From a virus (Duplodnaviria > Caudoviricetes): a stretch of DNA of 37,582 nucleotides. The position numbers and the translations under genes were made by a program. Below, one piece after another: positions 16,413 to 25,035 of this stretch (positions are counted from its first letter, which is position 1; every line of letters starts with the position of its first letter). The notes under the pieces are model-generated. The model saw nothing but the letters and a program-made list of their open reading frames with translations. It was not told the DNA's origin and did no database searches. Location: IMG/VR virus record IMGVR_UViG_3300044709_000019, positions 1 to 37,582 of that record. One strand, given 5' to 3'.

Positions 16413-17627
16413 CTAGCCTCCGGATTGTTCTTCACGCGGCTTGTTGAGGTACGGCTGCATGTTCATATTGAACAGCGTGCTGACATTCTGCTTGTAGTTC
16501 GGAGCCGCCCATAACAGATAATCGTTTAGTGAGGCGTCGTCATAGCCTAAATTGCCAAGCCCGATCTGATTGAGATAGTTGCGATTGAATTCCCCGTAGC
16601 CTCCCTGACCGGCATTCCATAATTTCGAGCTATCAATGGTCGACGGATTGAAGCCCCGAGAATAAAGTTCATTGGCTATTTGCTGCCCATGTTCTCGCAT
16701 GCCAGCCTGCTCTTTTGCTGTCTGCTTATCGTCATGCGCGATAAGCGCCATAGTTGCAGCGGCAAACCCCAATAACGGCATTACCGAACCGGCCGTACTC
16801 GCCGCTCCACTGCCTGCGGCGCTGCCCGCTTCTGCGCCAGCCGCGCCAGCAGCCGCATCCGTTGACGCGCTTGCCCCAAGAGCGCCAGCCGCGTCAGTAC
16901 CAGCCGCTCCAAAAGATGCTTCCATTCCCGGTTGAGTCGCCGCCCATGCGTCGAACGCGCCGCCCGATCCAGCGCCTAATTCGCTTGCGCCTGTAGTCGC
17001 GCCGCCGCCTCCAAATAATCCACTAAGCCAGTTCGATCCGCCGCCGTTCATCGTTCCGTATGCGTCATAAAGCTGTTTCCCGGTTTTCGCCATATTCAGC
17101 AGAGAGTTTGCGGTTCCGCCGCCAGCCGCGCCGCCCATTGCGCCATTCGGAGCCCCGAAACTGCCGAGCGCTTGGTTATATGCGCCGAGCTGATCCTGTC
17201 GGCCTTGAAGCCCGAACTGAGCAGCGGTCGCCGGGTTGTTGTAAGCGCCGGATGCGCGAGCCAGAAAATCGCGTTCGTTGTTGAATTGCTGGCTTGCATA
17301 GCCTTGAGCATTCTTCTGTAGCTCGTTAAGAATGTTACCGCTGCCAAGATAGCCCTTTGCGGCTCCTGCTCGCTGTAGGGCTTCCTGCGATTGATCGAGG
17401 CCGAATTGATAGCCCGGAAGATTAGCCACACTGCTCGGATTGTTTTGCAGTCCAACCAGCGCATTGGCGAATTGCGGACGATATGCGCCGAACGGATCGG
17501 CGTATTGCTGCGCCGCCTGTCCGGCCTTTCCTATCTGATTGCCCGCCCAATAATTGGAGAGCGCATTCACGACAGGCGTTGCCGTCTGGAATAGGCTCCC
17601 CCAATCGAAACTTCCTGAATCATTCAT
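16413..17627 (-). CDS. DNA ejection / pilot protein (P22 gp7-like)
   Basis: PGYQFGLDQSQEALQRAGAAKGYLGSG motif; Gly/Ala-rich. Confidence 0.75.
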   Translation of the reverse strand: MNDSGSFDWGSLFQTATPVVNALSNYWAGNQIGKAGQAAQQYADPFGAYRPQFANALVGLQNNPSSVANLPGYQFGLDQSQEALQRAGAAKGYLGSGNILNELQKNAQGYASQQFNNERDFLARASGAYNNPATAAQFGLQGRQDQLGAYNQALGSFGAPNGAMGGAAGGGTANSLLNMAKTGKQLYDAYGTMNGGGSNWLSGLFGGGGATTGASELGAGSGGAFDAWAATQPGMEASFGAAGTDAAGALGASASTDAAAGAAGAEAGSAAGSGAASTAGSVMPLLGFAAATMALIAHDDKQTAKEQAGMREHGQQIANELYSRGFNPSTIDSSKLWNAGQGGYGEFNRNYLNQIGLGNLGYDDASLNDYLLWAAPNYKQNVSTLFNMNMQPYLNKPREEQSGG

Positions 17628-17673
17628 ATGTGCGCCTCCTGTTCGGAAATATCATACGCATATCTATCTGCCG

Positions 17674-17994
17674 TTATGCCTGGGGAGATAGCTCTTTTTG
17701 CTGGTCTGCTAAGATTTCTCTATAAGCTGCAATTCGTTCCGGCGTTGCAGCCAGTTGCGCATGCGCCTTCAACGCGGCAATCTCTTTTATTGAAACCGGC
17801 CCAAAACCCATCTGGGCTAGGTGAGCATTCACCACTCCAATTTGCTTATCGCAATCTCCCCCAACCTCAACCAATGTGCGGTGATACCCTAGCTCAGTAA
17901 CTGAGCCATCAGTATCGACGAATAGTTTCTTCATCCGAACCTGCACATGTCCTTGAGAAGTGATTTCAATTTGATCGATTATGGTAGTTTTCAT
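17674..17994 (-). CDS. Tail-fibre companion protein
   Basis: IDQIEI...HVQVR...YHR pattern of proteins that follow DDYEEG-type fibres. Confidence 0.6.
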   Translation of the reverse strand: MKTTIIDQIEITSQGHVQVRMKKLFVDTDGSVTELGYHRTLVEVGGDCDKQIGVVNAHLAQMGFGPVSIKEIAALKAHAQLAATPERIAAYREILADQQKELSPQA

Positions 17995-18009
17995 TACCCG
18001 CCCCGTTGG

Positions 18010-19488
18010 TTAAGCGCTTGCCCTGTAAACAAGATTAGTTATGAAATATTTTCCGGAGAAAACATTATTTTGCTGCTGCGTTGCGCCTGCTATGTAGACA
18101 TCCATTAGAGTAGTCCCATCCGTAACTTGTATCATTAGGTTGACAGTTGCTGTGTTTGTTTGGACTAGAGCGCTAGAAAACCCTGTAACGGTGAATGGTA
18201 ACCCCCCCAATTTAGCCACGTTCGTATTTGCCGTCGCGGGGTAGGTGAAAAAAGCCCTCCCGAATACAAATTGACCTATTTTTACGTATGTGCAATCCAC
18301 ACCTGTAAACGATAGGCTAGCGCCGCTCTGGTCTGAAACGGTCCATGTACCTTCCTCATAATCATCCAGTGTATTCGCATTACTAGAAGCATTCTGTGTT
18401 GCCGGGAACTTGATCTGTCCTGCGCTTGAACCACTTATATCGACTAATCCTGTTGGGGTAATTGCTGCGCAATTTAGAGTGCCTGTAAATGTAGGTGTAG
18501 CACTAAACGCCACGTTCCCGGTCCCTGTAGTTCCTGAAACAGTGGTTCCGGCAATCTTTGCTACAGCGGAAGCCCCCGCAGCCGTGAATGTCACATCTCC
18601 AGTTATTGTTTTCGGAATCGGATCTGCGCTACTCTGCCCAACAAGAAGTTGCCCATCAGTCATTACCGCAGTAGCGGCAAACGCACTCGTTCCTTGTCCC
18701 AGTAGAATCCCATGGTTCGTAAACGTTCCTGCTCCGCTTCCACCTCTGCTAACGGCTAAAGTGCTAGTCCACCCTAGGGTTAAACTAACCGACTTCAGCA
18801 GAGAGCCCGTAGGCGTTCCGCCAAGCGTCAATGTGACGTTTGTATCATCCGTCTTGGTAAGGTCACCAGCACCTGTGATGGAGGAAGCGGCAGGAGTTAC
18901 CGTGACGTTCGATACAGCAGTAGTCAGCCCTTTCGCATTGACGGTTACTTGCGCAACTTGCGTTGCAGAGCCAAACGTATCTACATTCGAATTAACCGTT
19001 GCGAGCGTGAGCGCTGCGCCTGATGTGGTTGCATCTCCCGATAGCGCAGTTGCCGCCGTTACAAGCCCTTTGCCGTTAACGGTGACCGATGCGAACGTAC
19101 CTACGTTGCCATTAACAGTCGCAAGGGTGAGCGGAAGGCCGGATGCGCCGTATGTTCCGGTTGCATCTCCCGTCGCCGAGAATCCGCCCCATGACGGCGC
19201 AACGCCGACGCCTCCACTCTTAATGAGCTGGCCAGTAGCTACATCAGCAAGCTTTGCAAGGGTCGTTGTGGTATTAGCATAGAGAATATCGCCGACCGCA
19301 TAGGATGCAATACCAGTGCCGCCATTGGTCGCCGGAAGCGTGCCCGTCACTTCCGTCGTCAGGCTGACCGGAGCAATTAGAACCGTGTTGAGTTTGTCGC
19401 GAAGTCGCGCAAGCCATCGCCGCCATACATCGCTATTCAGCGGCGTATTGCTATCTGGAGGGGGCGGCGAGCTCCCTATCGTACTCAT
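18010..19488 (-). CDS. Tail fibre / receptor-binding protein
   Basis: Thr/Gly/Ser-rich; NGGTG and VTVNxKGL repeats; NTLDDYEEGTWT motif. Confidence 0.8.
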   Translation of the reverse strand: MSTIGSSPPPPDSNTPLNSDVWRRWLARLRDKLNTVLIAPVSLTTEVTGTLPATNGGTGIASYAVGDILYANTTTTLAKLADVATGQLIKSGGVGVAPSWGGFSATGDATGTYGASGLPLTLATVNGNVGTFASVTVNGKGLVTAATALSGDATTSGAALTLATVNSNVDTFGSATQVAQVTVNAKGLTTAVSNVTVTPAASSITGAGDLTKTDDTNVTLTLGGTPTGSLLKSVSLTLGWTSTLAVSRGGSGAGTFTNHGILLGQGTSAFAATAVMTDGQLLVGQSSADPIPKTITGDVTFTAAGASAVAKIAGTTVSGTTGTGNVAFSATPTFTGTLNCAAITPTGLVDISGSSAGQIKFPATQNASSNANTLDDYEEGTWTVSDQSGASLSFTGVDCTYVKIGQFVFGRAFFTYPATANTNVAKLGGLPFTVTGFSSALVQTNTATVNLMIQVTDGTTLMDVYIAGATQQQNNVFSGKYFITNLVYRASA

Positions 19489-22037
19489 TGGCCCCAGCCA
19501 TCAACAGTAATTTCGGCGGAATAGAGGCGCAATGCCGTATTCTCGCTATGCTTGAACTCATGCGCACGTCGCGGCGTTGAGCCGAGTTGAGTCAGTTTTG
19601 GGCGCTTCTTCGATAGATCAATGCGGCGATATTTCGAGAAGGTCTGATAATCATCATCGGTATAGCGTGAGAGCATGACGCTCGAGACGGTATCGCCGAC
19701 GATAATTAACTCGGAAATGCTTTTATCCTTCAGCGTTCCCCAATCATCTTTCTCTGTGCGGATATGCACACTGATCGGCAAGCTATTATCTTGGTACGTT
19801 CCCGGGTCGAATGCGTAAACCTGCCCCGTTGTTTCATCCAAGATCAAATCGGAATTCGCCGATTGCGCGTAATAAACGCCAGGAAAGTAAGAGCTCGTGT
19901 AGAAAGTCGCGGTTATCGTTCCAGTGATAGAGCCGCCAGGATTCGATGAAGGCACATAGCTGAATTGGCTTGTCGAATGAACGCTCGTATCGTAACGAAT
20001 ATAAACCTGTCCGTTGTAAGCGGAAGGCGTTGCTCCGGCGATTGTGCAGACTGCCCCATCGACTTGCCCATGCGCCGAGCCCATTGTCACGAGCACAGTC
20101 CCATCGCTTTGCACCACAGCCGTTGAAACAGATGCTGGAGCCGCCGCCGTTAACTTCGTCGCCTTAAACCATGCCTTATCATCCACACAAACGAGCGTGA
20201 TTGCGGAAGTCTTCAGCGTCAGGAAATAGAAAACATGCCCCGCCACATTCACAACGAACGAGTAAACGGTAGCAAGATCATCAGCGTTCAGGATGCGGTC
20301 TACCCATTGATTGGAAACATCAGCCGTTTGCAAGCCCTGAAGCTTTACGATTTTGCGTCCCTTTTGCCGCGTCTTGGCGATGAAGTAAATCGCGCTCTCC
20401 GATTGCGCGACGCTTTGCGCCGATGCGCATCCGATCTCGAGCAACGCATTATCCATCTTCGCCAATGGGGACCCTGGCGAAGTGCCAGCATCATAGAAGA
20501 ATTGAATGCTTGTATCTTTGAGCGCAACGATCAATTCGAGCATCCGCGTTAAGCAGACGCCCGCGTCAGCCTCAGTGATGGCGCTAATGAAGTTCAGCGC
20601 GTTCCAGCTTGTCGCATCGCCTATGTCGCTTCCGTAAATGATGCCCTTCGAGTCCATGACGTACACTGCGCCGTCGAGCGTGGCGCACCCGGGAACGGTC
20701 GCCGCCGGGTAATCGGCGTCAGTAACCCGCGTTATCGTCATTGTGTCGTAAACATAAGCGGCGTTATTGGTCTTTAGAAATACCCTGGCTACAGCGGAAG
20801 CAGTCGCCGGGATTAAGCACATTGAGAAGCGTTGATTGGCTATCGGTGGCAATGCAGGCAAGGCCAAGCCGCCTGATGATGCGTAATACATCCCTGCAAC
20901 AATAGCGCTTCCTGTTCCCTGACCTGGGCCAACATATAATGTATTGTTATGCACGCATCCTGACGGGCGACCTCTTACGGACCATCCGGCGCTTGCCGTT
21001 ACTGTTGTCCAGTTTGCCCCGCCATCAGATGAACTATATACGTCATTGTAGACCGCGCTGAAAATGTATGTCCCGCCCCCAATAATCCATAACTTATTAT
21101 TGAAATAAAGTCCCAATGCCCCTTTCCTAGCCGAGAAGCTTGTTGCGACGGTAACAGATGTCCATGTCACGCCTTGATCGGTCGATTTATATACATCATT
21201 GAGCGCTGCCGCGCCTGTCGTTCCGCCAATAACGTATAAATACCCATTGCCGTCAACTATTACGGACGCGAGGTCTCGCCCTTTCCACCCTGGGTTAGTC
21301 GTCCTTGAGGTAAACGTAACGCCATCCGTAGAGCTCCACACCTGCCCATCTGTGCCGCCGCCATTGGACCCGAAGAACGCATACAGCGTCGCGCCATCTG
21401 TTACATACCCAATTGCAGGAAATGAAACAGCCCCCGGCCCTATATCCGAACTATCCTTAGTCCAAGTCACCCCGGTTGGAGATGAATAAGCCTCCATTTT
21501 CCCGGTCGATGTATTCTTGTGAATGACGCGAATCTTGCCAGAAAACCAGCATGCCGCGTAATTCGCATATGAAAGATTGTTGTCAGAGAATGCGGCAGTC
21601 GCTACCGTTGTCCAATTTGCGCCGTTATCAACAGACTTATAAACGTTGACCGATGTATCTCCATTATTGACACCGCCAATAGAAAATAAATTTGTTCCAT
21701 CCGACACCAAGTATCCCATGTGCGCAGTACCAATAGTCGAGCCATTGGTTGGCTTTGTCGGCGTCGTCGCTGCTGTCCAGCTTGCGCCGGATGGAAGCGC
21801 CGGGACCGTGCTCGCCAATGAGTCGCCAATCACCCAAAGCGCCGCATTGTTGAACGTGATTCCGCCCTGCGCCTGTCCGGCTGTTAATGACGCCGACAGC
21901 GTATAGCCCGGACGCTTAACGATGCATGGACCGGATGGCGTCGTTTCTACGTAGCAATTAGTGAGCAATCCATCCTTCGCCGCCGTACTGTCGCGGCTTG
22001 AAAGTTGAACAGGAAGCGATTTGCGAATGGCTGGCAT
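19485..22037 (-). CDS. P22 gp10-like tail hub / DNA stabilization protein with inserted Kelch/BNR propeller
   Basis: NCYVE..KRPG N-terminus and GCAS..S core; Asp-box (SxDxGxxW) and xxIGG repeats; position after the adaptor. Confidence 0.75.
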   Translation of the reverse strand: MPAIRKSLPVQLSSRDSTAAKDGLLTNCYVETTPSGPCIVKRPGYTLSASLTAGQAQGGITFNNAALWVIGDSLASTVPALPSGASWTAATTPTKPTNGSTIGTAHMGYLVSDGTNLFSIGGVNNGDTSVNVYKSVDNGANWTTVATAAFSDNNLSYANYAACWFSGKIRVIHKNTSTGKMEAYSSPTGVTWTKDSSDIGPGAVSFPAIGYVTDGATLYAFFGSNGGGTDGQVWSSTDGVTFTSRTTNPGWKGRDLASVIVDGNGYLYVIGGTTGAAALNDVYKSTDQGVTWTSVTVATSFSARKGALGLYFNNKLWIIGGGTYIFSAVYNDVYSSSDGGANWTTVTASAGWSVRGRPSGCVHNNTLYVGPGQGTGSAIVAGMYYASSGGLALPALPPIANQRFSMCLIPATASAVARVFLKTNNAAYVYDTMTITRVTDADYPAATVPGCATLDGAVYVMDSKGIIYGSDIGDATSWNALNFISAITEADAGVCLTRMLELIVALKDTSIQFFYDAGTSPGSPLAKMDNALLEIGCASAQSVAQSESAIYFIAKTRQKGRKIVKLQGLQTADVSNQWVDRILNADDLATVYSFVVNVAGHVFYFLTLKTSAITLVCVDDKAWFKATKLTAAAPASVSTAVVQSDGTVLVTMGSAHGQVDGAVCTIAGATPSAYNGQVYIRYDTSVHSTSQFSYVPSSNPGGSITGTITATFYTSSYFPGVYYAQSANSDLILDETTGQVYAFDPGTYQDNSLPISVHIRTEKDDWGTLKDKSISELIIVGDTVSSVMLSRYTDDDYQTFSKYRRIDLSKKRPKLTQLGSTPRRAHEFKHSENTALRLYSAEITVDGWGQ

Positions 22038-22040
22038 TCG

Positions 22041-22730
22041 TTACCCCGAAAAGATCGTACTGCCGAAGCGAGAAGATAATCCCGGCGTTTCGAGCCGCAT
22101 CTCTGGAATCTTGCGGTTACGCTTGCGAACGCTGCGGAGCGTCGAGGCGGCGAGCGCCATTGTTTGCGGCGTCAATACGCCGCCCTCTGGCGAATAACGA
22201 ACCGCAAAGTTCCATGTCAGCATCTCCCGATAAGCAGGCGGCAGCGATAGCGCTGTCGAGCTCGCCGCGAACTCGGTGATCTGTTTCATTGACGTGATAT
22301 AAGCCGTTCCGGATGCCGGGTTAGGCCAGAAATGCAACGCCATGAGCGGGTAGGCTTCATCTAGCCATAAGACCGTAGGGAACCCGGCATCGGTCTTGCC
22401 CTGGATGACGTCCCACTCCCTTTTGGTAACGATATTCAGCGGCGGATAATCGACATTCGAATGATTGGTAAAGCATGAGACGATATGAGCTGGCCATGTC
22501 GTACTGAGAGCGCCGCCAGAACCCATCGTATAACTTGTCGCTCCAGTGAGCGTTAATGATTCCTGGACTTCCTCAAATACTGTAGCGACATCCGCATTCA
22601 GTTCATCAATAAGCGAATTCAAAACGATTAAGCCATTCGCAAGCTGCGTCGCATCCGCTGTTGAATCGCTATCGACAACCTTGAGGATGCGTAAGCCGCG
22701 ATTGATGATGTCGGATGCGAGGGTTGTCAT
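22041..22730 (-). CDS. Head-to-tail adaptor (P22 gp4-like)
   Basis: DIINRGLRILKV, GLIVLNSLIDE and LPPAY..LTWNFAVR motifs. Confidence 0.75.
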   Translation of the reverse strand: MTTLASDIINRGLRILKVVDSDSTADATQLANGLIVLNSLIDELNADVATVFEEVQESLTLTGATSYTMGSGGALSTTWPAHIVSCFTNHSNVDYPPLNIVTKREWDVIQGKTDAGFPTVLWLDEAYPLMALHFWPNPASGTAYITSMKQITEFAASSTALSLPPAYREMLTWNFAVRYSPEGGVLTPQTMALAASTLRSVRKRNRKIPEMRLETPGLSSRFGSTIFSG

Positions 22731-22897
22731 TTATTGCCCTTTTGCGAGAGTTTTAACGTGCCTTGTTTAACCGGCTCCTTCTTATCCCAAGGAGGCGGGC
22801 CAATCTCGCGCCAGCCCACCTTGAGGAATTGCTCTAGTTCATTCCGATCAGAGCAAGGGTGCCGACCATGCTCATCGCTCTCTACCCAATAGATCAT
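22727..22897 (-). CDS. Small hypothetical protein (56 aa, not in the ORF track)
   Basis: Read by hand: MIYWVESDEHGRHP...QKGNK; ATGA overlaps at both ends. Confidence 0.6.
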   Translation of the reverse strand: MIYWVESDEHGRHPCSDRNELEQFLKVGWREIGPPPWDKKEPVKQGTLKLSQKGNK

Positions 22898-24231
22898 GCT
22901 GCTTTCCTCATCGAAACGCCGAAAGGCCGTTGCACGCCGACAACCTCAAATCTTCGGTCGTTGGCTTGCGACCATTCAGCCATATGCTTTATTTCATTCT
23001 CATCGTCAAAATCATCGGCGATGACAATTGCGTTTTGCATCAGCCCGCCCATGATTCGATAGAGGCCTTCTCGTCCATGCTTGCGCTGTGGGCCATCACA
23101 TATTACTAGCGCCAATTCGCCAACCTCTGGCGGCAAATACCAGCTGCCTTTAGCGTCAGCAATCAATGGGGAATACGTTAATTCGGTTGGCGCTTTATTT
23201 AACGAGAAGCGCTCGAGGATTTTCTCGCAATCCACCATCCAGCCTTTCTCGTGCTCCATGGAGATTAACCGATTCCCGGTCTTCTCTGAGGCAATAGCAA
23301 GCACAAGTGTTGAAATGCCGGAGCCACATTCAAGCACTGGCCCTTTAGCATTTAGCGCGCATTTGTAGATCGTTTGCAGAAATTCCGATGTTGCCGACCA
23401 TGGGTTATTCCATGCCGCAATCAAATCATCGAATAGTTCAATTGCCGTCTCGCCATTGCGCAGTCGACGCACGGCATTGTCTAGCTTCGCTTCTTTCTCT
23501 TGGGCCTCGACGCCATATTTACGCCGCCAGAACTCGGCCAGACATCCGCCCCATTCCTTCAAGCCTTCATGCACAAAAACCATGTTCGGGTCGACATGCA
23601 CCTTTCCGCCCATAAAGCGCCATTTGAAGCAGAAGGCATAATCGCCGGAGAGGCGATAACCAGAATCGAATGTGCGCTCGAATAGGATAGTGTACGGCGC
23701 ATCGTGATTCGGGTCGTCTTTGTTCTGCCCGCGATACTGCTTGTGCTCGAACGCCTTGCACATCTTCTCCAAGACTTCGCGCTTGATCTTCATGAAGCCG
23801 GTAGGGGCTCCAAATACCTCCACGAGGCCATCCTTATCCGACCAGAGATCGGTATTAGGCGGCACATGAACCGGAAAATCTTCATCGTCGCTTTTCTTCG
23901 GATAGACGCCAGCCACAACATCGCGGTCGTGATTAATGAGCGTTACCAAATCTTGCGGACGCCAGCCCACATCGGCATCAATGAAGACGAGCTCCGTGCA
24001 GTCCGTCAGCAGGAATTCGCGGACGCAGCCGTTCCTTGCGTCATCCACATGACAATTGCCGCCAAGCACGAACACGTCATAGCCAATACCAGCCTTTTCC
24101 AGCATCGGCAGGCTTTGCAGCAAGCTATAGAGGCAAGGGCCATGCAGCTTACTGTCATAGGTTGGAATCGCCAGGAAGGCACGCTTGGGGCCTTTCGGCC
24201 CCATTCCTTTCACGTGGTAGAGCTTCGCCAT
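22894..24231 (-). CDS. GT-A glycosyltransferase fused to a class I SAM-dependent methyltransferase
   Basis: LAIPTY, ARN, FIDAD (DxD) and SGDYAFC in the N-domain; VLECGSGIST, ISMEH and ICDGP in the C-domain. Confidence 0.85.
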   Translation of the reverse strand: MAKLYHVKGMGPKGPKRAFLAIPTYDSKLHGPCLYSLLQSLPMLEKAGIGYDVFVLGGNCHVDDARNGCVREFLLTDCTELVFIDADVGWRPQDLVTLINHDRDVVAGVYPKKSDDEDFPVHVPPNTDLWSDKDGLVEVFGAPTGFMKIKREVLEKMCKAFEHKQYRGQNKDDPNHDAPYTILFERTFDSGYRLSGDYAFCFKWRFMGGKVHVDPNMVFVHEGLKEWGGCLAEFWRRKYGVEAQEKEAKLDNAVRRLRNGETAIELFDDLIAAWNNPWSATSEFLQTIYKCALNAKGPVLECGSGISTLVLAIASEKTGNRLISMEHEKGWMVDCEKILERFSLNKAPTELTYSPLIADAKGSWYLPPEVGELALVICDGPQRKHGREGLYRIMGGLMQNAIVIADDFDDENEIKHMAEWSQANDRRFEVVGVQRPFGVSMRKAA

Positions 24232-24488
24232 TACGAGAACAGCCCCAAGTTATAGAGCTTGGTGCAAATCGAGTCGATCCGAGGCGCGACTGTCTTTGCG
24301 ACCGTGCTAGAGCTGAATCCCCACTTACCGCTTGTAGCGATCTGTGAGAAAACAACCGTTCCAAGGGCCGTAGGCTTTGTTTGCACAACGATTGGCGTAC
24401 GGCCGTAGAATGAAATCTTCTCCGTGCCGCTACTTCCCATCGTCGCACCGTCGGGCGAGTTGTAGGTTACTTGTTCAATCGAAGCCAT
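24231..24488 (-). CDS. Small structural protein (capsid decoration candidate)
   Basis: AGGAG RBS before ATG 24488; EKISFYGRTP..Q and LYNLGL motifs typical of the gene after P22-like coats. Confidence 0.65.
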   Translation of the reverse strand: MASIEQVTYNSPDGATMGSSGTEKISFYGRTPIVVQTKPTALGTVVFSQIATSGKWGFSSSTVAKTVAPRIDSICTKLYNLGLFS

Positions 24489-24501
24489 GATAATCTCCTG
24501 G

Positions 24502-25017
24502 TTAAATATGTTTCCATCGTTTGCGATGAACAATATCTCGGATAACCGTTGGATCAAGCATGTATTCCTTAGCTAGCTGGAATTGTCTTGCGCCCACTGC
24601 GAATAACCATCGAATCTCCAGAGCAATCTCTTCCGTCAATTTCGCCATCGGATGTTTCTCGCCTTTCGGCGTTTCTCGATTCAATACACGAAATGCATGA
24701 AGATTGTTTTCGCTGGATGTGACTATTTCGAGGTTCTCCACTCGATTATCCGATCTGTTGCCGTTTAAATGATTCACCTGCATGCCGCTTGGAATTGGAC
24801 CAATGAAAGCTTCAGCAACGAGACGATGCACTAATGCATAAGTGCTCGACCCATCATCCAGAACAATCCGCCGCTGGACATATCCAGTCTGTGCGTTAGG
24901 AGTGGTTTTCAAAATACGGCCGTTCCTGCGCTGGCCTCCTTTGCCTTGCCTAACCCTCCCAATCGAACTGACCTCGTATAATCCGTAGCAGCTTTCTATT
25001 GGTTTCCAATTTTCCAT
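24502..25017 (-). CDS. Free-standing NUMOD4-HNH homing endonuclease
   Basis: WKPI...YEVSSIGRVR; VHRLVA..F; NHLNGNRSDNRVENLE; C-terminal AKLT helical DNA-binding segment. Confidence 0.92.
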   Translation of the reverse strand: MENWKPIESCYGLYEVSSIGRVRQGKGGQRRNGRILKTTPNAQTGYVQRRIVLDDGSSTYALVHRLVAEAFIGPIPSGMQVNHLNGNRSDNRVENLEIVTSSENNLHAFRVLNRETPKGEKHPMAKLTEEIALEIRWLFAVGARQFQLAKEYMLDPTVIRDIVHRKRWKHI

Positions 25018-25035
25018 TTTCTCTAATTAAATCAC

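Noticed and set aside
18410-19282. 290-aa + strand ORF
   Set aside because: Antisense shadow of the Thr/Gly/Ala-rich tail fibre.
18010-19488. Diversity-generating retroelement or invertible fibre cassette
   Set aside because: No reverse transcriptase, template repeat, invertase or inverted crossover sites seen.
22894-24231. O-antigen conversion (gtrABC) or DNA hypermodification locus
   Set aside because: No membrane flippase or bactoprenol-transferase partners and no base-modification genes; late-operon context. Not fully excluded without experiments.
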